64,000 nt of DNA from Tortispora ganteri. Lineage: Eukaryota. A model generated the notes under the pieces. The model saw only the letters and a list, made by a program, of their open reading frames with translations. It was not told the origin of the DNA and made no database searches. Below are positions 51,732 through 62,050 of the stretch, one piece after another. Each line of letters opens with the position of its first letter. Positions within the stretch are counted from its first letter, which is position 1. A program made the position numbers and the translations under genes. Location of the stretch: contig PPNB01000017.1 in NCBI GenBank assembly GCA_003707115.1, positions 62,001-126,000 of the forward strand, given 5' to 3'.

Positions 51732-53087
51732 TCATCTTGCATATTCGTCATCGTAGTTTTGGTTGCCTTTATCCTTGCGTTCGCGGTCTAACTTCGCCGC
51801 TCTTACAGCTCTCACCGCTCTGACTCGCTCTAACAATTTAGAAGGATCGATCTCTATATTATCTGACACCGACAGCGAACTTAGTTGCCCATTGAGCTTG
51901 CTGTCATCCGGCTGCGCAGGACTAGAGTGCAAAGATCTGTCTGCAATATTTATCGATCCAGTAGAATCCGAAGTTGCTTGCTTTCCTTCACTGAATTGCT
52001 CTGAATAATTTGTCGCCCTAGAACGTGACTGTCTGTACCGTTCCAGGTATCCCGTGGTAGTCAGGGTGTCCCTTCTAGACCGGTCCACGTATTCAGTACG
52101 GGGATAACGTGATGGTGCCGGCGAAGCAGACGATAACGGCGGCGGCGAGGCAGCCGTCGTACTTCGCGTTAACGGGCTGGTAACGCGGCCAATGTCACCT
52201 AATTTGGCCAGATACCGCTCAGATGCAACTCTGAAGCTAGGTGAACCCCCTTCTACATTGGCAGCAGAGAACCCAGGATCGCTCAATTCCATGCATATTT
52301 CAATAAGGTCTCGGCATATGCTCTCTGCTTGCCGCCGGATGCCTATTTCTTTCGAAAATTCTCTGATGCTGAGTGCTTCACTCATAGACGTCCTCATCTT
52401 TATTAGTAATGTTGACCTCTTTAACGGTCGTAAACTATCCAATGCGTATTCTGCTTGCTTTTTCAAGCGTTCAATTTCAATTTGCTCTTCGGGTTGCGGG
52501 ACATAGCTCCGTCTTTCGTTAGACTGTACTGATATTTCCGTGCGCGCGTAGTTTCGGTGCATAGGCGTTTTCCACGTGCTGTTTCTGCTGATGGTATCTG
52601 GCTGAATATATTGGTCTCTTTCGGAAGCAAGCCGATGCATTGGACTCTTGTAGTCGTTTCGGAACGATGATAGCGTGCGCGATTGCAACGCTGGAGGTCT
52701 TGAAAAGTACTCTGATTCCGATCTCGGAGTGTACGACTTCGGCCGCAGTTTAAAGTCTATGCTCGATGACACGCTCTTACTGCCGTGTCTGTGACCAGAA
52801 GCGCTAGTTTGCAGTTCGCCATTTTTCGATGCATGGCCTAGCTGTGACAGGAACGAGTTTCGTGATTGTTGATCCGTAGTTGTGCTTCGCGTAGACTCGC
52901 ATTCTGCATCGTCTGATAAGTAGAAATTAGTTCTCCTGTTTAAAGGTGATTCATCAGAAATCTGGTCTAGTTGTGAGCCAGCGTAAACGCTTTTAGGACG
53001 GTTGGTAGCACTTGCCGTTGCACTAGAATAGCGTGACGCTCGCGCATGGGGGGTCTCAGAGTGCTTTCCATAATGTGCACTGGACAT
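51732..53087 (-). CDS. Ser/Arg-rich protein with a central helical domain resembling Mto2/Spa18
   Basis: 451-aa ORF with helical block ending RRQAESICRDLIEICMEL. The family call rests on recalled similarity only. Confidence 0.6.
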   Translation of the reverse strand: MSSAHYGKHSETPHARASRYSSATASATNRPKSVYAGSQLDQISDESPLNRRTNFYLSDDAECESTRSTTTDQQSRNSFLSQLGHASKNGELQTSASGHRHGSKSVSSSIDFKLRPKSYTPRSESEYFSRPPALQSRTLSSFRNDYKSPMHRLASERDQYIQPDTISRNSTWKTPMHRNYARTEISVQSNERRSYVPQPEEQIEIERLKKQAEYALDSLRPLKRSTLLIKMRTSMSEALSIREFSKEIGIRRQAESICRDLIEICMELSDPGFSAANVEGGSPSFRVASERYLAKLGDIGRVTSPLTRSTTAASPPPLSSASPAPSRYPRTEYVDRSRRDTLTTTGYLERYRQSRSRATNYSEQFSEGKQATSDSTGSINIADRSLHSSPAQPDDSKLNGQLSSLSVSDNIEIDPSKLLERVRAVRAVRAAKLDRERKDKGNQNYDDEYAR

Positions 53088-53368
53088 TATGGAAAGGACA
53101 GTGTCTTTTTATACAAACGAGTCAAAAATACAGAACTGCACCAAACAAAAGTGTACAATACTTAAATAGATACACCGCTAATTCGACTTTAATTTCAATG
53201 GATTACGTGATTGGTCAATTTAGGCCCTTTTAGTGCAAAATAAGCGGACCTACACTGGTGTATCATACCTTCCAAGTTGGGAGTAGTACGTCAAAAACAC
53301 TACTAACGTGGATTTATTAGTAGTGTAGTAGTGATCCGTTCGCATATTATATTATTTTTATAGGCATA

Positions 53369-56300
53369 CTACTGCGAAAGTATCCTTTTTCCTAGTAGGT
53401 GCTCCATCCTGGATATCTCTTTAACGTATTCGTTCTGGATATCATTCAGTGTCAGCACTCGATTCTCACTCAAAGCTTGATCTCCATACACACTCTTGGT
53501 TCTTTTGCTGGCACCATTGTTTCTTGTTCCTAAACTCTTTACAACAATCCATGGATCCTCGTTGACAAGCGTCTCGAGTGTGTTTATCAAAATCAAATAG
53601 CACTGCGTAATTTCCACGTCTTTGCCCGATAGCTCATCCGCTGCTGAAAATTGTGCGCGCATATTCTGTATACGCAAGTATAGCGCCTCGCCAGCTCGGC
53701 GCACATCTCCATGAACCATTCTGAACCCAAATAGTACCTTGTAATAATAGTCTGCAGTAGAGATATCTGACTCGGCTCTCGAACTCAATATTCTGTCCAC
53801 CTCCTCCTGGATTCCAATGAATGGATAGTCGCATAACTTCTTGGGCGAGTCCTTCTCACAGACGGCAAACACAAACATTGCTAATGTTTCTTCTCGCTTT
53901 ACAAACTCCTTCATATTGGTAACAGCAAGGTAGGCGTCGTCAAAGTTGTCAATTCTCATGCTGCAAGCAAACCACTCTTCGAGGAACTTATCATTTATAC
54001 CGTCCTTCAATTCAATGTAGCTGTTGTAGCTTTCCTTGAAGAGTCGATTTCCAAGAACACAATGGCCCCTGTTAGCAAACATGCACGCTATTTCAAAACG
54101 CAAACAGCTGTACCTAGTATCCTCGTCTGATTCCTTCATTGCATCTTTGAGACCATCTGTCAGGAGCCCATCAATGATATCTCGTTGCGGCACTGTCATA
54201 TTTTCCAAGGAAAATCCTAAAGCATTAATCACAATGTCAACCAATGAATACGCAGATTCTGACAAGCCAAGTTCTAAGTAACATATAAACTTCATCACAA
54301 TCATAACATTATCCATGAGAATAAACCGTGACATGCCAATGAATACCTCAAACATACGTCGTTCCACGAAGAAAGCACCAATTCTATGCAATGAAAGAGC
54401 ATCATTGGCAATATCAAGATCTTTTAGCAATGACCATGCCGGACGCAACGAAGCATCCAACAAGCCAGATGATTTTCCTGCAAACTTTGAATGAACAAAA
54501 TACTTCAGCGCTGCAACCGGTCGGTAAGTCTCAGTATTGTAAAAGCCCGTAGGGGAGTCTCTAGAAACCAGAAGTTTTGACATATCATCAGTAATATCCG
54601 TAGGAGTTGATTCAGCTGGTGTCATAGCAAGATAAGACAGTATAGAGATGTTACTCAACTGTTTAGAAAAATGAGAAAATAAACTAGTCATAGGAGCTTC
54701 CACTACTTCATCTTGGGCAACCAGCGACAATAGTAGTATATCCAATATAAATGAATGAGATGAAGCAATCAAGTCACACAAATCAGAATAAGCAGTAGAC
54801 AAAGTAGACATTCTTTCAGTATAATCTTTAGGGTTTAATGTATCTGCATATGTAGTTTTCCACGTGCGAACAACTGCATCGAGCTCGAGTGTGTTTATAA
54901 GGACGTGACGAAGTTCCATGCATTCTTTAGATTCCATGACTGATTCCAGTGCTAAGCTGCGTACATTAGACATTCGCTCTTTGATTCCCACTTCTTGTTC
55001 AGAAGCCAGATCATCAATGAGATAATCAACAAGGTTACTGATAGACTCTTTATTCAATGATTTTCTCAACCTGTGGGCCATATCGTATAGCCGTTTAGCA
55101 ATAATAGTAGTCTCAGAATATTCATCCAAGATCAATGACTCAACACTACTAGAGCAAAATCTCTCCAAAAAGACTGCAAGCTCAATAATTGATATTTTGG
55201 ATCCACGACCGACGAATAAGGTCAGGCCACTTGATCTAGGTAAGTTCAATGAGAGAAGTTCATCTCCCACGTATGAAAGCTCTAAGCAGAGTCGGTTAAA
55301 TCTTGACCATTGCATGGTAATATCTGCATTGTAGCCATCATAGTCTAAAATCCCGTGACGCTGATCTGCTTTGATGGATACAGGCGCGTTCAATATCTCG
55401 GATGCAATGTCAATTAGGTGACTAATATCAGTTTGATTTATAACATCCGACGAGTCTTTGCCAGTATAATGCAGTGACATGATAGAAAGCGCAGCTTTAA
55501 CACACTCGTTAGAGTATTTGTCTGATAGAAAAATTTCGCGAATGAAATATTGAGATGCGTCATACGAGTTTGTGGGAGCTAAATCGCCACATTTGAAATC
55601 GTAGTTAAAAGGAGAGAGAACTGAAGACCAGGAAAGAGAAAGTTCACCATTTTTGTACAGTACTGTAGCAATTTGTATTGATGATCGAATTGCGCCGTGC
55701 TTCCAAGCAGTTATTAATTGGCAGTCATGCAAGCCGGTTTGAGGCCTCAAGCTAATGCTAACGCAAGACCAAAGAGATTCAGCAGAGACAATTGGACATG
55801 AGATGATTTGTGAAGGAGCCATATCTTCGAGCACTGTAGCACCCTCTTTGTTAGTTACCAGAACATAGAAGTGAAAACGTTGAGATAGCGCCGAATACAC
55901 GACGAAAAAAGGTCTACCGGACAGATTAGAAAAACCAACTATGTCACAGCGTAATACATCAGGAACAAAGCTCTTTTGATTTTCTTGCAGCAAAGAGCGA
56001 CGGTCCAAGAGAGCGCCAGTATCAGTTTTCCAAAGGGAGATGGTATAGTTTGCACTCAAAGTGAAGATATACATGCCATCATCAGATTGACACGCAGATA
56101 TAATAAGGCTGCCAGATACGGATGGATAGTAAGGTATCATGTCAGAAGCAGACCATGAGAAGAGGCTTTTGAAAGAGGAGATATAGCTTGAATCGCTAAA
56201 GCTGATCTCGAGGAAAGAGTTGGCATTTGGAGAAGGTTTTTCCAGTTTTAGCAGACCGCCATCTAAAAGCGGGAACAACAGCAATTGCTCGGTCAAAGCA

Positions 56301-56884
56301 AAAAGAAATGCGGGAGAGCGCACAGAGAAGTAGTTAGGATGATATATTTCGCATGCGTCCAGGATGTCGTTTGGCTGAACGCCTGGGTTAAAAGAAGTGC
56401 AAGATATTTTAAACTTGTATAAAGCCCCATTGGAACAAAGAGCAAATAAAGCACATGAACCAGAGGTAGAATCAACAATGGAGGAGCAATGGTAAGGAAT
56501 GATATCGGGAAATCTGATTTCGATGTATGTAAGAGAATCTGTTGAGGTGGATGACTTGCAGTAGGGATACAGTCGTATCACTGATCTATCAGTCATTATA
56601 CGCCACACAATCGAGCGTAAAGAAGCAGAAACCTCTGAAAAAGAGTAAACATAAGACTCAGTAGCTATATTTTTATCGTAGAAGTTCTTTTCCACGGTAG
56701 CTACTTCTGACGTGCGCGCTTTGTACAATCGCTGCTTTGTCCAGGGGGTAGTCAAAGAAGATTGTTTGTACTTTGGCGGTGGAGCCTGTATTAAAAGACA
56801 GTTATTGTATTCAGATTCATCAATATCTATAGATGTTTCTTTGTATTTTATTGACGTTTCTTGTGGTTTATTTACAGTCATCAT
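53369..56884 (-). CDS. NUP120: Y-complex nucleoporin Nup120/Nup160
   Basis: 1171 aa; N-terminal YKETSID, RSIVWRI and LLDGGLLKL propeller region; QWSRFNRLC; C-terminal LCDYPFIG...YYKVLFGFR...GDVRRAG...VLTLNDIQNEY. Confidence 0.85.
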   Translation of the reverse strand: MMTVNKPQETSIKYKETSIDIDESEYNNCLLIQAPPPKYKQSSLTTPWTKQRLYKARTSEVATVEKNFYDKNIATESYVYSFSEVSASLRSIVWRIMTDRSVIRLYPYCKSSTSTDSLTYIEIRFPDIIPYHCSSIVDSTSGSCALFALCSNGALYKFKISCTSFNPGVQPNDILDACEIYHPNYFSVRSPAFLFALTEQLLLFPLLDGGLLKLEKPSPNANSFLEISFSDSSYISSFKSLFSWSASDMIPYYPSVSGSLIISACQSDDGMYIFTLSANYTISLWKTDTGALLDRRSLLQENQKSFVPDVLRCDIVGFSNLSGRPFFVVYSALSQRFHFYVLVTNKEGATVLEDMAPSQIISCPIVSAESLWSCVSISLRPQTGLHDCQLITAWKHGAIRSSIQIATVLYKNGELSLSWSSVLSPFNYDFKCGDLAPTNSYDASQYFIREIFLSDKYSNECVKAALSIMSLHYTGKDSSDVINQTDISHLIDIASEILNAPVSIKADQRHGILDYDGYNADITMQWSRFNRLCLELSYVGDELLSLNLPRSSGLTLFVGRGSKISIIELAVFLERFCSSSVESLILDEYSETTIIAKRLYDMAHRLRKSLNKESISNLVDYLIDDLASEQEVGIKERMSNVRSLALESVMESKECMELRHVLINTLELDAVVRTWKTTYADTLNPKDYTERMSTLSTAYSDLCDLIASSHSFILDILLLSLVAQDEVVEAPMTSLFSHFSKQLSNISILSYLAMTPAESTPTDITDDMSKLLVSRDSPTGFYNTETYRPVAALKYFVHSKFAGKSSGLLDASLRPAWSLLKDLDIANDALSLHRIGAFFVERRMFEVFIGMSRFILMDNVMIVMKFICYLELGLSESAYSLVDIVINALGFSLENMTVPQRDIIDGLLTDGLKDAMKESDEDTRYSCLRFEIACMFANRGHCVLGNRLFKESYNSYIELKDGINDKFLEEWFACSMRIDNFDDAYLAVTNMKEFVKREETLAMFVFAVCEKDSPKKLCDYPFIGIQEEVDRILSSRAESDISTADYYYKVLFGFRMVHGDVRRAGEALYLRIQNMRAQFSAADELSGKDVEITQCYLILINTLETLVNEDPWIVVKSLGTRNNGASKRTKSVYGDQALSENRVLTLNDIQNEYVKEISRMEHLLGKRILSQ

Positions 56885-56999
56885 TGTTTTGAGAAGGTTA
56901 AGTTATGATTCCTTAATAATTTGTGGTGTAGTATAATACAGAAAGCTTATATTTCACTTCACTCCCCTTTAGCATCAATTTCTTTTATTCTTTTTGTTT

Positions 57000-58853
57000 T
57001 CAATTAGTAATAGCTTGAATCAGTAATTTGCAACCTTTATTTGTTTCTTGTTTTGATTCAAGTTTCGGTTTCAACTTCGTAATCGCTGTCTTGAGTTTCT
57101 CTTTGTCGGCACCTGAAGAGTTCTCGAGAACTGTGTGAACAACGAACGATCCGTCGCCCAGAGTCCATGAGTCGATATCTTTCAAGACAATAGGTGTAAT
57201 AGCTTCTTTGAATCCAGTACTTCTGTCATTCTTAACAATGCATTTCTCATGGTGGCTCCAGGTACCGTCATTGATTAAGTTTCGTAACGCCTTACCGACA
57301 TAGCTCTTACTCAAAAGCTCATCTCTAGACTTCGCATCTTCAAATATTTCCGCAACAGCATTAACGGCTGGCGAAATGTCACCCGGCGCACTAAACAGTA
57401 TCTGAGTTAAAGAGTCAGTACCTGAAGCACTATCAAGAAGCTTTCTAGCGCTTGAACTAACCGCACCAATAAGCAGAGGGCTAAAATGAGCTAACACTTC
57501 TTCATCTCTTGCGCTGTCTTCCTTCTTGCTTGTGTTCAATTTAGCTTCATCAACTTGCTTCAAAATATTTAAAGAAACAGAGTCTAGGTACTTAGTCTTT
57601 TTTCCCGCTAAAAGTGTCATGAATGGGATCCTCGCATGAGTATGCGTTAGCAGATCAACAAGTTGCGACTTGTATTCGCCAACAAATGACTTGCCAATAA
57701 GTACCGTATCATCTACACAGCTGAAAAGAGCGATAAGGACAACATTTCCAGGACTGTCCTTTATCAATTCAACAGCAAACTGTTTCAGCGACTTAATCAT
57801 TGTTTTGCGTTCTTTAGCTGTACCTTTTGCAATCATTAAGCTGGCGACTGTGGCACCTTCAGTTGTGTGAACCAGTTCAGGGATCTGCTCTCCAACGAGG
57901 TCAATAAACTCCCGTGTCTCTTCTTCGTTTGAAACAGAAATATAGTCAAGCATGGCTGCATGAATAATATTAAACCCACTAGATCCTTTCGACACAGCAG
58001 ATGATATAGCTTGCTTCAAATTGTACATCACAATCTTTCTCTTGTCTGGAGACCCAGCCACAATCTCGGCAAGGGTTTTAGACTTACCAGCATCTTTAAA
58101 CACAGCAAATTCAGATCCATAAAACTCTCTAATGATTTGTCGTTTCTGCTCCACGGTAGAGTATTCTCGGTAAATATCTTCAATGACATAAACACCTTCG
58201 CGATGCCTCATGAGTTTCCGATAATGTCCATGTAGTGCTCCTACAATATCTTGCCGAGTCTCCTTCGATCCGTAGTGTAAAAGCTTGACAAGTAAGTACT
58301 TTCCATAGCTCGATTTGGCCAGATCAAGGTATGATCCCTTGAGTTGAAGCGCAATATCGCGACGGATATTGGCATCACCATACTTTAAAAGAGACTGCAC
58401 AACGCGCGAAGAGTCATGTTTAAGAACTAAATCTTCAACTATATGATTAGATTCACTCCATATCTTATCGACAAGTTCACGACGCTCCTTGCTGGAAATG
58501 TTCTTCTTCTGGCGCAGTTTCTCCCACAATGATTTAATATGTTGAATAGTTTTGCCATGCTGCCTTGCAATCTTTCTCTCTTTCAACAATGTCCGTTGAG
58601 CTGTATGAGCTCCTTGCAATTTTAAATCATCATAGTCATTAACTTCGTTATTGTTATCATCTTCAGTCTCATCAAATCCCTGAAAACTCGACTCAGAATT
58701 AGCATCCTCGCTTTCTTCCAGTGCGAGATCATTTACTTCTTCTGATTCCGACTCCGAATCTGAATCTAAGAATCCAGTTTTACTTTTTTTATTAGAATGA
58801 AATTCAGACTTCTTATCTTCACTATTCAATCCTGATTTTCTCTTCATAGTCAT
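57000..58853 (-). CDS. PUF6: Pumilio-repeat ribosome biogenesis factor
   Basis: Acidic N-terminus; KSLWEKLR, LVLKHDSSRVVQSLLKYG, SYGKYLLVKLLHYG and VDDTVL. Confidence 0.93.
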   Translation of the reverse strand: MTMKRKSGLNSEDKKSEFHSNKKSKTGFLDSDSESESEEVNDLALEESEDANSESSFQGFDETEDDNNNEVNDYDDLKLQGAHTAQRTLLKERKIARQHGKTIQHIKSLWEKLRQKKNISSKERRELVDKIWSESNHIVEDLVLKHDSSRVVQSLLKYGDANIRRDIALQLKGSYLDLAKSSYGKYLLVKLLHYGSKETRQDIVGALHGHYRKLMRHREGVYVIEDIYREYSTVEQKRQIIREFYGSEFAVFKDAGKSKTLAEIVAGSPDKRKIVMYNLKQAISSAVSKGSSGFNIIHAAMLDYISVSNEEETREFIDLVGEQIPELVHTTEGATVASLMIAKGTAKERKTMIKSLKQFAVELIKDSPGNVVLIALFSCVDDTVLIGKSFVGEYKSQLVDLLTHTHARIPFMTLLAGKKTKYLDSVSLNILKQVDEAKLNTSKKEDSARDEEVLAHFSPLLIGAVSSSARKLLDSASGTDSLTQILFSAPGDISPAVNAVAEIFEDAKSRDELLSKSYVGKALRNLINDGTWSHHEKCIVKNDRSTGFKEAITPIVLKDIDSWTLGDGSFVVHTVLENSSGADKEKLKTAITKLKPKLESKQETNKGCKLLIQAITN

Positions 58854-59241
58854 TTCGTTTCTATTTTATGTATTAATATGAAGAACAAACTACTCGAGAA
58901 AAAATAGTTGAGAAATAAAATAATGAAAACTTTAAATCTATTTAAGATTCTATCCAATCTAGGGCATGTAGTAATTCATTTTCAAAGCATTCATTTAGCT
59001 ATGATTTACATGACTGTATCTATTTCTAAAATTTTATTCTTTTAAATTATTTTTATTGAGTAATTTATGAAGTCTCATGTATGCATTTGTATGCCAACAA
59101 TAATTGCTTTACTATTTCTTAAAGGGGCGGCCCGCGAAACAGAGTTGAGTTTAGAGTTTGCACATAAAAATACGTTCCACAGCATCTATACCAATATATA
59201 TATATATCTTCTTTTTTCGCCATATACGTTTTATCTATATT

Positions 59242-61116
59242 ATGGCAAAAAAAAAGACTGAATCGAAAAAAAAACTTGCCGTACAAAAGGCTTTGAAAGC
59301 GCAGTCCAAGGCGTCCAATAAAGCCAAGAAACAAGCTGCCAAGGAGGAAGAAGACGATATAGATATAGATGTTATTCTGAGCGAGTTCAATCGCAAACAG
59401 GCCGAATTTCACACCGTAAAAATAGAATCTTGTGATAAACCAACACCTAGGATGAACACAGCTCTGGTAGCGAGTCCTTTACATTCGAAGAACGAGCTGT
59501 TATTGTTTGGTGGTGAATTTCAGCAGAATGGCCTTTCGGTTTTCTACAACGACCTCTTTGTATTCTCCACCAAATCGCATAATTGGAAGAAGGTCACGTC
59601 TCCTAATACGCCATTACCTAGAAGCGGGCATTGCATGTGTGTACATCCTACCGGTGTGATACTGCTGTTTGGCGGTGAGTTCTCATCGCCTAAGCAGAAT
59701 ACCTTCTACCATTACGGCGATACCTGGATTCTTGACGCGGATTCCAAGGAATGGACTAAAATAGAAGGCAAGAGCCCCAGCCCCAGATCTGGCCACAGAA
59801 TGACTATATGGAAGCACTATGTTTTGTTACATGGTGGATTCAGAGATCTATCTAACTCTACTACCTACTTGTCTGACCTCTGGGCCTTTGATGTCACTAC
59901 GTACAAGTGGACCCAAATAGAACAGCCTCGTTTCGCTCCACCAGCTCGATCTGGCCATTCTTTTGTGCCTATTGCAGACGGTGGCGTAATATGGGGTGGA
60001 TACTGTAAGGAGAAGACATCAAAAGGTGTTGTGGGTAAAGTCCTGTCCGATGTCTGGCTCCTGTCCATAGACTCGAATATGAAAGCTACCTGGAATCGCA
60101 GAAAACGAGCTAACAGGTGCAGCGAACGTGTTGGATGTTCAATGGCCTACCATAAAGGCCGTGGTATACTCTTCGGCGGAGTCTACGATACAGAAGAGAC
60201 TGATGAAAATATAGAAAGTACCTTTTTCAACGATGTGTACATTTATACTATCGATTCAAACAAATGGTTCCCTTTGCGCCTGAAGGCGCCAAAAAAGGGT
60301 AAAGCAGTGGTATCTACCAAATCATCAAAACTGGCTAGTGAAAAGGAGCTAGAGCGCAACCTTTCTGCCATTCTTCGTGGTCGCGGTATTGAAGATTCCG
60401 ACAGCGAAGAAGAGCAGGTGGACGATGAAGACAATTCATCAGACAATGAAGATTCTAGTGCGGACGAAGTTGTTGTCCGATACACTCTGCCGCACCCGCG
60501 ATTCAATGCGGCTACCACTGTGTTAGGTGACCATTTATATATATACGGAGGAATTTTTGAGAAGAAAGATGCAGAGTTCGTACTGGATAGCATGTACGCT
60601 ATTGATCTTGCGAAGGCTGGCGGTGTCAAAGTCATATGGGAAGACATTTCCAATATAGACGATGACATAGCAGACGAATCAGATGCAGAAAGTGACGACT
60701 TTGGCGACGAAGACAGCGATGATGAGGCAACAACCGAAGGACAGGACCTAGATTTACCGGTGGCAACAGAAAATGACGAAGAGGCGTTGGAAGAGCTTGC
60801 TTCGGAGACGGAGGGCGTTCAAATTTCAGAGGAAAATCCCGATCCTAGACCTTGGCTGCCGCATCCACGGGCGTTTGAAACGCTGCGAGAATTCTACGCG
60901 CGAACTGCTGAGCAATTCCTAGAATGGGCGCTATCGAATGATAAAGAAGGTCTCCGCGGGAAGGAACTGAAAAGAATGGCTTTCGAGCTGGCTGAAGACA
61001 GATGGTGGGAACGCCGAGAAGAGGTTCGCAGTGCAGAAGAAAGACTAGAAGACCTGGGAGGTGTGGGCGATGTACTGCAAATGGATCAATCGGGTATCAA
61101 ACGTGGACGAAGATAG
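59242..61116 (+). CDS. KEL3: Kelch-repeat protein with C-terminal DUF4110-type domain
   Basis: LFGGEFSSPKQNTFYHYGDTW, PSPRSGHRM, PHPRFNA and PHPRAFETLREFYART. ATG at 59242. Confidence 0.92.
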   Translation: MAKKKTESKKKLAVQKALKAQSKASNKAKKQAAKEEEDDIDIDVILSEFNRKQAEFHTVKIESCDKPTPRMNTALVASPLHSKNELLLFGGEFQQNGLSVFYNDLFVFSTKSHNWKKVTSPNTPLPRSGHCMCVHPTGVILLFGGEFSSPKQNTFYHYGDTWILDADSKEWTKIEGKSPSPRSGHRMTIWKHYVLLHGGFRDLSNSTTYLSDLWAFDVTTYKWTQIEQPRFAPPARSGHSFVPIADGGVIWGGYCKEKTSKGVVGKVLSDVWLLSIDSNMKATWNRRKRANRCSERVGCSMAYHKGRGILFGGVYDTEETDENIESTFFNDVYIYTIDSNKWFPLRLKAPKKGKAVVSTKSSKLASEKELERNLSAILRGRGIEDSDSEEEQVDDEDNSSDNEDSSADEVVVRYTLPHPRFNAATTVLGDHLYIYGGIFEKKDAEFVLDSMYAIDLAKAGGVKVIWEDISNIDDDIADESDAESDDFGDEDSDDEATTEGQDLDLPVATENDEEALEELASETEGVQISEENPDPRPWLPHPRAFETLREFYARTAEQFLEWALSNDKEGLRGKELKRMAFELAEDRWWERREEVRSAEERLEDLGGVGDVLQMDQSGIKRGRR

Positions 61117-61181
61117 AAAAGGGTATATAGAAGCAACTTGAAGTTGAAAGCAAAGAGAAGCCAAAAAGGTAGCTTATTCAG

Positions 61182-61610
61182 CTACTTGTCGTCTTTACCA
61201 TTAATTTTTAAATCAGCATAAAGCTTATACTCGCTAGATTCACCTTTTGCTGCTTGCATTAGTTCGTACAGCTGTACTATTTGGTCATCGCTCATTTTAG
61301 ACAGTTTATCCACATCGATCTCTTGATGCGCCCAGCTATCATTTTCAATGCAGCTGATATAATTTTGCCACCCAGACAAGAATCCAATTATTGTTACTGG
61401 ATTATCGACTTCTTTGTGATGTCGGAATTCGGCCTTGACGAACTCGTCTCCAAGCAGTCTACGTTTAGGATCAAGCTTACGGTGCGCCCGCAGAATGCGC
61501 CGGTATAGCGGGATCGGCAGCATCACATTAACCCGATCAGGTATGCTCTTAGTTGAAGCTAATCTAAAAAAAGACTTGAACCCGTAGTGTATACTGTTTT
61601 TGTGCAGCAT
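61182..61610 (-). CDS. SDH7: Succinate dehydrogenase assembly factor 3 (LYR protein, Acn9)
   Basis: PLYRRILRAHRKL...LGDEFVKAEFRHH...IIGFLSGWQ...MSDDQIVQLYELM. Confidence 0.93.
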   Translation of the reverse strand: MLHKNSIHYGFKSFFRLASTKSIPDRVNVMLPIPLYRRILRAHRKLDPKRRLLGDEFVKAEFRHHKEVDNPVTIIGFLSGWQNYISCIENDSWAHQEIDVDKLSKMSDDQIVQLYELMQAAKGESSEYKLYADLKINGKDDK

Positions 61611-62050
61611 TGTTAGAATCAGTAAGTTTGCAGCAGAAAGCGAAGCTGTTTCTCAGTTTAAAGTCGAGCGGCCGTTGCTATGTAGGCAGTATCTGCTTCT
61701 AAAAACGCGCCATCCTTACAAAGTAGGTGAATACCTCCATTATAAACTACTATCTCCTTTTATACACTTGTACATACATTAAATAATTCACCGATAAGCC
61801 GCATACAAGTGTATTAGAGCGAAAACGCCAGATCGGAGGGCGAGAGACCGCCTGGTTGCCAAGCGAAACCGCGAGCCGCACATATCCCCTCCCTCCCTAT
61901 CCCCCTTGGATACACTGACCTTGCGAACACCAGTGTGTAAACCTCTATTTCATCATTTGCTCTAACCGCGGTTTTCTTATTTTTTTTGTACTGACGTGGC
62001 TCTTTTTGAATTGATTGTGCAATTGATATAAGATACAAAACAAAACAAAA

